From a virus, in the IMG/VR virus record IMGVR_UViG_3300031240_000002, positions 23,738-87,737 of that record: a stretch of DNA of 64,000 nt. The stretch is one strand, 5' to 3'. Numbering within the stretch: the stretch's first letter is position 1; the number at the start of each line of letters is the position of its first letter. Below the pieces are notes generated by a model, which was not told where the DNA came from, made no database searches, and saw only the letters and a list, made by a program, of their open reading frames with translations. Position numbers and translations under genes: made by a program. Shown in pieces: positions 55,927 through 64,000 of this stretch.

Positions 55927-57834
55927 TCAGCCGATGGCCGAGGCCAGCGGGGATTCGTCGTCGTGGTCGATGAACTCGACGTCCTCCGCGATCTTCTTCG
56001 CCGCCCGGTTCCGACCGGCCCCGGTCTCGATCTGCCTCACGCGCTCCCGCGTTAGATTAACCAGCGCACCGACCTCTTCGAGCGTATGCCCGCCGCGATC
56101 TGCGACATCGTTCGAGCAGGTCTCCTTCATCTCCCAGACCTCGAGATGGGGAAAGTTCAGCTTGATCGCCCCGGTTTCCTCGTTCACGTCGAGGAAGAGG
56201 TGCGCCTTGCACCGAACCCAGGGGCAGGGACGCCCGGGGTCAGCCTGGCATTCCCCTCGGGTTAGCGGCATCTCAAGATCTTCGGGCACCTCGAGCAGCT
56301 CTCCCGCCCGCCGCTCCTTGACCGTCAGGCGGTACGGCGACTTCATCGTGCGCGATCGGTGCCGGTCCTTGATGTCGGATACCTTCACCAAGCGCTCCGG
56401 CTCGGGCTCCGGTGGCGGGGGAGGTGGCGGGGGCGGCTCCGGCTGGCCCGGGACCATTTCGGCGATCGCGTCCAGGTCCGCTGGGTCCCAGGTGGGCCGC
56501 TCGATCTCCGGCGCGATCGGCGCCTCCACAATCGGCAGCGGCGCGCGCGGCGGCGGCGCGGCCGACAGCCCGAGACGCACGCACGCGGCGGCGATGTCCT
56601 GCAAGCGCGCGGCGGCGATGTCGCTCTCGTCGAGCGGGCAGGTGGTGACCCGGTGGCCAGGTTGACCGCAACGCCGGCAGCGCCCGCGTCCGCGCCCAAC
56701 CCCGGTGCTCCTGGACGGGCGGGGTTGGGCAACGGCGGGCGGTGCTTCTTCAGCGATCTCGGGCTCTTCGCGGTGCTCCTGGGTAACGGTGGGCGGCTTT
56801 GGGGAAAAGTCCGCCGCTCTCTTCCCGTCGAAGCGGTGTCGCCGGCCGTCGTGATCGGTGGCGCCGCAGACCCTGCATGGACGCCGCGCGGGCGGGAGCG
56901 ACTGTTCCTCTTTTTCGACCCCGATCGCGGCCGGCGGGCGCAGCGATGGCAGCACCGGCGCTGGCGTTGGGCGCCTCTCCTCCGCCGCACGCAGCTCCGT
57001 GGTCGCCCACTCCATCAGCTGGTAGACGTCGAAGCGCTTGATCTGCAGGTCCCCGGCGATCGCCCCTGGGTCGTAGCCCTGCGCGACCAGCAGCGCGACG
57101 GAGCGGGCGCGCGGAGCGAGCGCGGGAAAGTACACGGCCAGGCGTCGGAATTCGGCGATGCGCGCCTCGTGCGCCGGGTTGGGCTCGGCTGGCGGAATGG
57201 TTTCGGAATATTTTTCCGCTGTTTTGACCACCTCACCGTCGGCGGCGGCGTCCGGAATAATCGCGACAGAGGGGCAGGTCCGCCGATCGTGCCCGAGCTC
57301 GCCGCAGACCTTGCAGCGCCTGGGGCCGCGCTTCCGCGCAGTATCAGAGCCGTGAACCTCTGGGCGAAGGTCCGGCTCTGTCGCGGGTGCAAGACTGCGC
57401 CCCTCGACGTCTTCGGCGACGCCCCCTGCTGCCTCCACCTCCCGCCCTGCTGGGTCGCCTTCTGCTGGGGCTGCGGGCGGATCTGGTGGCGCGGGAGGTG
57501 CGCTCGGGACCTCTGTGACGACATGGGGCTCGTCCGGGAGCGGCGCCTCGTCCAGCACCGGCCCCAGATCGCTCTCACCCGGCGGGCCTGATTTATTACC
57601 AGCAGCTGGTCGTAATTGCGCGGAGCGGCGCGGGCGGGCGGGAGACCGGGGCGGCTTCACATATACCTTTGCCCGCCTTTTCGCCCGATTCTTATATGTG
57701 CGCCGACCGCGAGGAGCCCTCGCCGGTGGCTTCGGTTTCTTCGCCTTCGGCTTGGCGCGCTGGCGCCGCTCGCCGAATACCGCGTTCAGCGCGGCCCGGA
57801 TCTGCTCGGCGATCGAAGGAGGCTTCTTCGCCAT
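55927..57834 (-). CDS. Multi-domain transcription regulator: Zn knuckles, HTH and Cys-rich sigma70 region-4 domain
   Basis: [42 protein letters not shown]; [18 protein letters not shown]; [37 protein letters not shown]. Confidence 0.8.
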   Translation of the reverse strand: MAKKPPSIAEQIRAALNAVFGERRQRAKPKAKKPKPPARAPRGRRTYKNRAKRRAKVYVKPPRSPARPRRSAQLRPAAGNKSGPPGESDLGPVLDEAPLPDEPHVVTEVPSAPPAPPDPPAAPAEGDPAGREVEAAGGVAEDVEGRSLAPATEPDLRPEVHGSDTARKRGPRRCKVCGELGHDRRTCPSVAIIPDAAADGEVVKTAEKYSETIPPAEPNPAHEARIAEFRRLAVYFPALAPRARSVALLVAQGYDPGAIAGDLQIKRFDVYQLMEWATTELRAAEERRPTPAPVLPSLRPPAAIGVEKEEQSLPPARRPCRVCGATDHDGRRHRFDGKRAADFSPKPPTVTQEHREEPEIAEEAPPAVAQPRPSRSTGVGRGRGRCRRCGQPGHRVTTCPLDESDIAAARLQDIAAACVRLGLSAAPPPRAPLPIVEAPIAPEIERPTWDPADLDAIAEMVPGQPEPPPPPPPPPEPEPERLVKVSDIKDRHRSRTMKSPYRLTVKERRAGELLEVPEDLEMPLTRGECQADPGRPCPWVRCKAHLFLDVNEETGAIKLNFPHLEVWEMKETCSNDVADRGGHTLEEVGALVNLTRERVRQIETGAGRNRAAKKIAEDVEFIDHDDESPLASAIG

Positions 57835-57941
57835 GGCTGGATCATCCTACGTGAACGGGCGGCGGTCGTGACAGACAGATCGCGTCCCGGCCGGGCGGCC
57901 TCTCCCCTCGCGCGCCCAGCCGGGACCCTGGTTGGGGTGGT

Positions 57942-58499
57942 CTAACCGGGCGCGCCGGCTCCGTCGTGTTCGTCGTCGACCTCGGGCTCGGGAACTGCCA
58001 CCGGCGGTTCCTTCTTTTCCTTCGCGTGCGGGACGCTCTTCAGCGTCGGCGGTTTTTTGCGCGCCTCGGAGATCGCCTCGCCCGGCGTCGGCGGGCGCTT
58101 GTCGCCCTTCGGAAGCGTCGGTAGCTCCGGGCTCCGGTCGGCGTCCGTCATGGTCCGCGCCTCGACCACCGCGCGTGTGTCGATCCGCATGATTCGGATC
58201 TCTCGGCGGGCATAGTCGCGCTCCTCGACGCACGGGACCTCGCGCTCCTCGGTCTGGCTCTTCACGTCCTCGTGAAGCTGCCGGCTCTCCGCCTGCAGCT
58301 CGCGGACCCGCGTCTTGTATGGCTCCATCTTCTCCTGCTCGACCAGGATCTCCTCGTCGATGTCGAAGCAGCGGTCCCGCTTCTCCTGGGTCCGCTTGGC
58401 GTTGATCGGGACCGGCAGCATGCGCTTGAAGCGCTCGCCGACCTCGATGTTGCCGCCCTGCTTGGTTTTCCCATTCTTGGGTGGTGTTCCTTTGGCCAT
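57942..58499 (-). CDS. Hypothetical coiled-coil protein
   Basis: AGGAG SD; R.DT..VVE.R.MT motif. Confidence 0.65.
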   Translation of the reverse strand: MAKGTPPKNGKTKQGGNIEVGERFKRMLPVPINAKRTQEKRDRCFDIDEEILVEQEKMEPYKTRVRELQAESRQLHEDVKSQTEEREVPCVEERDYARREIRIMRIDTRAVVEARTMTDADRSPELPTLPKGDKRPPTPGEAISEARKKPPTLKSVPHAKEKKEPPVAVPEPEVDDEHDGAGAPG

Positions 58500-58502
58500 T
58501 TC

Positions 58503-58865
58503 TCAGCTCCTCTCCTTGGTGGTCTTCTCTTCGAGCTTCTCGCGGATCTTCTCACCGAACTTCCGGACGATGAGCTTTCCGATCTCCTCCCCGGCGTTGA
58601 TCAGCTGACGCTGGTGCGCGGACGGTGGTAGGTCCTTGGTGATGTGCACGAAGGCGCCGTAGTGGAGATAGACACCGGCGATGTCGCCCGGGATCACTCC
58701 CGCCTCTTCGGTCCGTTTCTCCACCGCCTGGGCGGTGGTCACGGTCTCGATCAGCGACTGGCCCACCAGCTGCCCCAGCGCCTTGTCGTTCACGCTCTCG
58801 AAGAAGGGGCAGACCTTGCGGACCTCGGTGATCAGCTCCTGGACGTCGTAGGGGTCAACCTTCAT
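58503..58865 (-). CDS. Hypothetical protein
   Basis: ATG 8 nt after motif copy 10. Confidence 0.65.
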   Translation of the reverse strand: MKVDPYDVQELITEVRKVCPFFESVNDKALGQLVGQSLIETVTTAQAVEKRTEEAGVIPGDIAGVYLHYGAFVHITKDLPPSAHQRQLINAGEEIGKLIVRKFGEKIREKLEEKTTKERS

Positions 58866-58872
58866 GGGCGCA

Positions 58873-58883
58873 GATACTACGCG
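58873..58883 (-). promoter_or_regulatory. CGCGTAGTATC motif copy 10
   Basis: Exact 11-mer, 13 nt downstream of the terminase ATPase stop. Confidence 0.7.
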
Positions 58884-58896
58884 GGTCCGGGGCGCG

Positions 58897-59739
58897 TCAG
58901 GCGGCCATTCTCGCGCCGATGCTGTCGATAAAGTCGGCGAAGAGCTCGGCGTAGTCGGAGCCGGCGCCGAAGACCTCCTGCTCGTAGGCCCCGAGGTCCG
59001 GCACTCGCACCCGCTGGACCAGGGTCACCCAGTTTGGGTCGTTCTTGAGGTCGGCCGAGAAGTCGTCCTGGGCCCACGGGGTGGCGAAGGCCATCGCGCG
59101 CGCGGCGTCGCCGTCGAGGCGGGAGAGCCAGGTGCCGCGCCCAAACTTCGTGATCTTGTGGCGGTTCGCCTCCTGCTCGCTGTTCTTCTGGGTGCAGACG
59201 TCGTCGAAGAGCACCACGTCCGCGCGACCGCCGATGCCCTCGGTGAGCACCCCCCGAGCGTGGAGGGTCGGATCGACGGCGTTGCCCTCTCGAGCGACGA
59301 ACGCCTCCGTCGTGTCCCACTTCTGGCCGGGCCGGACGTGGGGGAACACCGATCGGTATTCGTACGACTCGATCATGCTCTTGACCGCCGCCAGGCGGAG
59401 CTTCGCGTTGCCGTCGCCGGCGCAGACGATCTTGATCCGGTTCTGGACGTTCTGGCCGATGAGGAAGGCCGCGATCGGGATGGCGAGCGAGCTCGTCTTT
59501 CCAGAGTTGAAGGGCGCCATGATCATCGCGTGCTTCCCCCGGCTCCAGGCGTAATTGACGTGCCAGATCCAGCAGCGGTGGAGGAAGTGGAGCTGGATCC
59601 GGTTGCCGTCCTCGTCCCGCCCGCAGAGCTCGATGAAGTCGGCCAAACTCTCCCGCGCCCGAAGGACCGATAGCCGATAGGCGGCGCGGGCCTGGTTGAC
59701 GAGGATCTGGTGGCGTTGGGCGACGGCGGCGGAGCGCAT
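58897..59739 (-). CDS. terL: Large terminase, N-terminal ATPase half
   Basis: Walker A IMAPFNSGKT; YRSVFP; GGRADVVLFDD Walker B; LSRL; coupling motif ATPW..DD; stops at 280 aa with no nuclease domain. Confidence 0.9.
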   Translation of the reverse strand: MRSAAVAQRHQILVNQARAAYRLSVLRARESLADFIELCGRDEDGNRIQLHFLHRCWIWHVNYAWSRGKHAMIMAPFNSGKTSSLAIPIAAFLIGQNVQNRIKIVCAGDGNAKLRLAAVKSMIESYEYRSVFPHVRPGQKWDTTEAFVAREGNAVDPTLHARGVLTEGIGGRADVVLFDDVCTQKNSEQEANRHKITKFGRGTWLSRLDGDAARAMAFATPWAQDDFSADLKNDPNWVTLVQRVRVPDLGAYEQEVFGAGSDYAELFADFIDSIGARMAA

Positions 59740-59765
59740 CCCGGCCGCCCATGATACCGGACCCG

Positions 59766-59776
59766 CGCGTAGTATC
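59766..59776 (+). promoter_or_regulatory. CGCGTAGTATC motif copy 11 (plus strand)
   Basis: Exact 11-mer; TAGTAT ends 8 nt before ATG 59784. Confidence 0.7.
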
Positions 59777-59783
59777 GCCGTCG

Positions 59784-60188
59784 ATGAGAATGGTCAGGTG
59801 TTCGAAGCAGTCCCCGGGGGTCGCCCAGCTGTCGGTCTTCCTCCGGGCGCAACCTGGCGGCGCGGAGCGGCAGGTGATGATCCGCGTCGAGAGCGGCCCC
59901 GGGCGACTGGGGATCAGCTGCTGGGCGCGCTCGAAGGGCGAGCCGGCCTACCACGCTTGGCCGGGGCCCCACTTCGAGGAGGACTTCTTCAGCTCGATCG
60001 AGAGGGCGATCCTGGTGTCCGGAACCACAGAGGTCGCCGCCTGCTGTTCCGGCGAGATGATGGACGGGGACCTCAGCCTGCGGATCCTCCAGACCCTGAC
60101 GCTCGTCCTCAGCCTGGGTGGCGAACGGGTACTCGGAGCCGGCGAAGGCTGCCGCCTGACCGCGTCGGGTGTACCCTCGGCCGCATGA
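59784..60188 (+). CDS. Hypothetical protein
   Basis: Start defined by the motif; ATGA overlap with the endolysin. Confidence 0.55.
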   Translation: MRMVRCSKQSPGVAQLSVFLRAQPGGAERQVMIRVESGPGRLGISCWARSKGEPAYHAWPGPHFEEDFFSSIERAILVSGTTEVAACCSGEMMDGDLSLRILQTLTLVLSLGGERVLGAGEGCRLTASGVPSAA

Positions 60189-60829
60189 TCGATCCGACGT
60201 GGGCCAAAGGAATCGACGTCAGCCACCACGATCCGGTGAAGAGCTTCGGGGATATCCCTCCCGACATCGTCATGTTCGCGGCGAAGGCCAGCCAGGGGAG
60301 CGACTTCACCGATCCAACGCTTGCCGCCCATCGCACCGGCGCCCGCGCTCGCGGCTTCGACCTGGTGGCCTACTACCACGTGTGCGAGCCGGGCGACGGG
60401 GCCGCGGACGCCGAGCGCTGCGCGAACATCGTCGGCCCGCTGGCGCCGAACGAGTGCATCGTGGCCGACAGCGAGAGGAGCGCCCTGGTCGACATCGGGT
60501 ACCTGGAGGCGTTCTACGCGCGCCTCAAGCAGCTCGGTCTGGCCAAACCGTTCGACCACTACTACGGATCGGCCGGCGTCATGTCCCTCATGGGGAACCC
60601 GCCCTGGTCCCGGGCGGCGCGGCTCGGGCTGTGGGCTCCGCGGTACAAGAGCGCGGGCGTTCCGCCGAAGCTCCCGCCGCAGTGGTCCGACTGGAAGATC
60701 TGGCAATGGACTGATGGCGGCCAGATGGGCGATCCCTATTCGTGCCCGGGCGTCGGTCCCTGCGACGCCAGTCGCTTCCATGGGCCCCGCTCTGCGCTGC
60801 AGGCCTGGGTATCTGGGACCGCGACCTGA
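60185..60829 (+). CDS. GH25 muramidase (putative endolysin)
   Basis: GIDVSHH, KASQG..FTD, YYH, DSE (DxE), LWAPRY, W..WKIWQWT, CDAS.F.G. Confidence 0.9.
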   Translation: MIDPTWAKGIDVSHHDPVKSFGDIPPDIVMFAAKASQGSDFTDPTLAAHRTGARARGFDLVAYYHVCEPGDGAADAERCANIVGPLAPNECIVADSERSALVDIGYLEAFYARLKQLGLAKPFDHYYGSAGVMSLMGNPPWSRAARLGLWAPRYKSAGVPPKLPPQWSDWKIWQWTDGGQMGDPYSCPGVGPCDASRFHGPRSALQAWVSGTAT

Positions 60830-61008
60830 TGCCCGGCAAGTCGGGCGAGATCGACCTGACCCTGCACGTCGACCCAACCGGGAAGGCGAGCGTCGAAGCG
60901 GAGATCGAGCAGGAGATCGGCCGTGGCGTCTCGATCGACGCCGACGTTCAAGTCGACCAGGACGGTAGGCCGACGGTCACGGTCGGCGTGAAGATTCCAC
61001 TTCCCTAG
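60829..61008 (+). CDS. Small hypothetical protein (59 aa)
   Basis: TGATG overlap; alternating beta-strand pattern. Confidence 0.5.
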   Translation: MPGKSGEIDLTLHVDPTGKASVEAEIEQEIGRGVSIDADVQVDQDGRPTVTVGVKIPLP

Positions 61009-61427
61009 CAGCCGCCGAGCGCGGGCCGGATCATCACGGTCGCGTAGTCGTCGTTGGGGAAGTCGATCGACTGGCCGCCCTTCGTCGCCGTGGCGACCGC
61101 GCGGTAGGTCCCGGGCCTGTCGGCGTCGTGGGCGGCCCATGCGTAGGTGAAGGTCCCGGCGCGCGCGTTGAGGATGGCGATCGTCCCGGCGGTCCCGACG
61201 AGCACGCCACCGCAGCGACCGCCGCCCATCATCCGGAAGGTGACCGTCCAGCCGGTGAGGTCGAAGGGGCAGCGCCGACCGGACCCATCGGCCTGGAGAA
61301 ACTGTCCGGTCAGGATCGGAAGCTGGTTCCCTTGGCCGAGGAAGAAGGTCGACGACCGGGGGCTCGGATCGGGTACCGGCCCCCCCTGGATGGGGTCAAC
61401 AAACAGCAGCTCCGTCCGGGATGGCAT
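61005..61427 (-). CDS. BppU-like Ig-fold virion protein
   Basis: PFDLTGWTVTFRM..GTFTYAW...D.DRPGTY...FPNDDY. Confidence 0.7.
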   Translation of the reverse strand: MPSRTELLFVDPIQGGPVPDPSPRSSTFFLGQGNQLPILTGQFLQADGSGRRCPFDLTGWTVTFRMMGGGRCGGVLVGTAGTIAILNARAGTFTYAWAAHDADRPGTYRAVATATKGGQSIDFPNDDYATVMIRPALGGC

Positions 61428-61432
61428 GCGGC

Positions 61433-63448
61433 CTATTCGGTGTACGCGGCCCAATCGCCGATCAGAAACGTCGCCGGCCCCGCGCCTTGGGTACCGGCGG
61501 CGATCTGCGCGAACCCAGCCGCGTTGGCCGCATTGCTCTGCGCGATGGTCGCGACCAGAGTCTCGTCGATGTAGAACTTCACGTTCGTCCCGTCAGCGCG
61601 TTCCTGAACGTCGTGCTCGTTCGAGTCGACAGCAACGGACGTGACGACGACCGTGGCTCCGCATTGCGCAGCCCAGTTCGTGGTGCTCGAAGCTCCGACC
61701 ATACCGAGATAGCAGTCAGCCGTGGAGCCGTCGGTCATGTTGGTGACGCGGATGATCGATCCCGCGGGCGACGGCGCTGGGACCGTGATCTTGGCGTGCG
61801 CGCCGATCGACCATTTCTGCGTGCGAACGTTGGTGACAAGGGTCGTTGATGCCGGGAAGCGCCCCGTCCCGTACGTTCCCGACGCTCCAGTGACCTGGTA
61901 CCAGCCTCCGTTGGAGGACACTGCCGTCACCGATCCTGAGACGACGGTGATATCGGACAAGTTCACGCACGGCGTGTAGAAGGCCCGGTTGGTCAGAGTC
62001 GGCGTCCCGTAGCCAGCGACCTTCGCAGTGCGGCTGACGAAGGGCCGTTGCCACTTCGGATCGGAGACGTAGGTCGCCGTGCAGGCGCCGAAGTTGCTTG
62101 AGTCATCCATGCTGATCGTCGATGTGCCGTCGACGGTAAGGCCAACAGGCGTCGTGGTACTGCCGAGGTTGTAAGTCCCCACCTTGACGTTGCTGAGGCC
62201 GACGTCGGAGGCGTTCAAGATCGTCACGCCCGTGGTCGCGGCGCCTGAGATAAAATCACCGGAGAGCAGAACATTCGTCGCTCTGTTGACGAGCAAGCCG
62301 ATCGATCTTGAAGCGACGAACCGACTCCCGATCACCTGGATGTCGTCGACATTGGTGATGCCATCACCGATAACCAGCAGCCCGCCGCCGCCAGGATGGT
62401 TGGTCGCGAACCAGTCGTTCGTGAAGGTGATGTTACCAACATTGGCCCCGATCTCGGCCTTTATGATGACGTTGCTGAGGTTGCCGGAGTCGAAGTAGCA
62501 GGACGAGATCTGACCAGCCTGTACGCGGCCAAACTTCCCAGGGTTCCCGTCGACGAGGAGCCCGGTATCGCAGAACAACGTATCGAACTTGTAGAGGCTG
62601 AAGCCGCCCGAACCTTCGATCGTCAGGCCGGACGCTGCGGTGTCGAGCGTTGACACTCCCGAGATCCAGACGTTCCGGAAGTCCTGGTTACCGCCCCAGG
62701 TGTAGACGTGGAAGATCGTCGCGCCCGTCGCCGGGTTGTAGACGAACACGTTTTCGATGACGATGATCCACGCACCACCAGGATAGCCGCCGTCCGCGTC
62801 CGTTTGATCGACGGCACCACCTGAGTTATTGAAGTTGACTCGCTCGATAAGGCCGTCTGTCGCGGTGATGGTCGAGGCGATAGTCGGAGCGCTTGCGCGG
62901 GTTCCGGTGCCGTTCCCCCCGATCACCCGAACTTGCCAACTACTGGCGGAGCGCTGAGTTGGCGATGTTATCGTCAGGCCGTGGATCCCCCAGCCCTGGC
63001 AGTTCGTGATCGCGTAGCCGACCGCGCCAGAGTTTCCGAGAGTGTCGTCGACGTCGAGCAGAGTCGCATCCACGCCGACCCCGTCGAGCTCCACGCCGAA
63101 GGCATTCGTTATTGCGAGCACGCCCGGCTCCACGCGCCAGGTCCCAGCTGGCAGAAATGCTTCGCCACCAGCAGCCGCTGCTGCCGTCAGGGTCGCCTGG
63201 ACGGCGGTCGTGTCGTTCGCCGTCCCGTTGCCGACGCCTCCGAAGTCGAGGACGTTGAAGATGGGGCGCGCGACACCCGTGACGCCGCTGCCGCCACTAC
63301 CACCACCGGAATCCTGCGGGAAGTGAATGTCCGTTCCGACGCGATGGCAGGTTGGGACAGCCTTCGGACGTGAGACGCCATACGCAATGGCCGTCGTACA
63401 GGCGATCGTCAGAACGAAGTTGAGAGCCCCCTTGGTACGTGGGCTCAT
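61433..63448 (-). CDS. Right-handed beta-helix depolymerase / tailspike (pectate lyase 3-like)
   Basis: FNVLDFGGVGNGTANDTTAVQA...FLPAGTW; beta-helix repeats; C-terminal lectin-like domain; TGATG overlap gives start 63448. Confidence 0.85.
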   Translation of the reverse strand: MSPRTKGALNFVLTIACTTAIAYGVSRPKAVPTCHRVGTDIHFPQDSGGGSGGSGVTGVARPIFNVLDFGGVGNGTANDTTAVQATLTAAAAAGGEAFLPAGTWRVEPGVLAITNAFGVELDGVGVDATLLDVDDTLGNSGAVGYAITNCQGWGIHGLTITSPTQRSASSWQVRVIGGNGTGTRASAPTIASTITATDGLIERVNFNNSGGAVDQTDADGGYPGGAWIIVIENVFVYNPATGATIFHVYTWGGNQDFRNVWISGVSTLDTAASGLTIEGSGGFSLYKFDTLFCDTGLLVDGNPGKFGRVQAGQISSCYFDSGNLSNVIIKAEIGANVGNITFTNDWFATNHPGGGGLLVIGDGITNVDDIQVIGSRFVASRSIGLLVNRATNVLLSGDFISGAATTGVTILNASDVGLSNVKVGTYNLGSTTTPVGLTVDGTSTISMDDSSNFGACTATYVSDPKWQRPFVSRTAKVAGYGTPTLTNRAFYTPCVNLSDITVVSGSVTAVSSNGGWYQVTGASGTYGTGRFPASTTLVTNVRTQKWSIGAHAKITVPAPSPAGSIIRVTNMTDGSTADCYLGMVGASSTTNWAAQCGATVVVTSVAVDSNEHDVQERADGTNVKFYIDETLVATIAQSNAANAAGFAQIAAGTQGAGPATFLIGDWAAYTE

Positions 63449-63849
63449 CAGGAAGACGCCTGCTGGGAGAGCCGGAGGTTCGCAGGCACCTGCCACGCCG
63501 TGGGCGGGACCACGAAGTTCGCCACCACCTGGACGTCCCCAGCGTGGGGGATGTCGTAGAAGAAGTTCGCCGGGCCATTCGCGTGCGGTGCCGAGGTGCC
63601 CGCCCCGTTGTTGTCCATCGTCACCCACACCTTGGTGACCACGTCCCAGAACTGGAACTTGACGATCGCGTCCTGGTTCGCCTGGAATGTCCCGCTGACA
63701 CGTCGCATGAGGCGCTCGTCTGGCTGGACGGGGCCCGCGATCGACGGCCGGCCATTGGTGTGATCGACGAACGGCCGCGTTGAATAGAGGACGTTGTCAC
63801 CTGCCACCGGCATTGCGGTGGGCATCTGGACGTAAATATCGCGATCCAT
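63448..63849 (-). CDS. Hypothetical, probably virion protein
   Basis: TTGACG-N17-GATCCT-N6-ATG promoter at 63856-63884. Confidence 0.6.
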   Translation of the reverse strand: MDRDIYVQMPTAMPVAGDNVLYSTRPFVDHTNGRPSIAGPVQPDERLMRRVSGTFQANQDAIVKFQFWDVVTKVWVTMDNNGAGTSAPHANGPANFFYDIPHAGDVQVVANFVVPPTAWQVPANLRLSQQASS

Positions 63850-63900
63850 CGTCCGAGGATCGGGGCCGCGAGCCCGTCCGTCAAGCGAGCGGGGGTCCCG

Positions 63901-63999
63901 CTACAGAGCGGCGGTACCCAGCCCGTCGCGCCGGCGCCGGCTCTCGGTCACATTCCCCTTCACCTCGGCCTCGACCATGATCGGGGCGACCGACATGAT
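63901..63999 (-). CDS. 3' end of a gene entering from the right edge
   Basis: ...IMSVAPIMVEAEVKGNVTESRRRRDGLGTAAL*. Confidence 0.4.
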   Translation of the reverse strand: MMSVAPIMVEAEVKGNVTESRRRRDGLGTAAL

Positions 64000-64000
64000 C

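Noticed and set aside
43616-58896. Segment between the terL halves as a group I/II intron, intein or prophage insertion
   Set aside because: No RT, maturase or integrase, no flanking direct repeats or intein termini seen, and both halves have their own start and stop.
4916-59776. CGCGTAGTATC repeats as a CRISPR array or integron attC sites
   Set aside because: Only 11 nt, dispersed by kilobases, no spacers, no long imperfect palindrome, no cas or intI gene in the window.

Overview
The window is one continuous, very GC-rich tailed-phage (myovirus-type, contractile tail) region, transcribed almost entirely on the minus strand. In transcription order it has a beta-helix depolymerase, a divergent GH25 endolysin operon, the terminase ATPase, about 15 kb of accessory genes and then the terminase nuclease. 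These are followed by portal, MuF, scaffold, major capsid, head-tail joining, sheath, tube, a frameshifting chaperone, tape measure, baseplate and a tail fibre that runs off the left edge. Cys-rich lipoproteins, a myxobacterial-type sigma-region-4 protein and paired sigma54-type promoters point to a Myxococcota host (inference). Most notable observations: (1) the large terminase is split into separate ATPase and nuclease genes 15.3 kb apart; (2) an invariant 11-mer, CGCGTAGTATC, occurs at least 11 times, ten of them with its TAGTAT 7-9 nt before a start codon, and marks the 5' edge of accessory cassettes like a leaderless-promoter regulon; (3) an Fe/Mn-SOD has a whole zinc metallopeptidase inserted inside it; (4) other promoter classes, a candidate structured RNA, an array of paralogous micro-peptides, and selective decay of HNH and methylase genes while virion genes stay intact. 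I saw no integrase, replication genes, small terminase, tRNA or CRISPR array. All family assignments come from motif recognition by eye, not from database searches.
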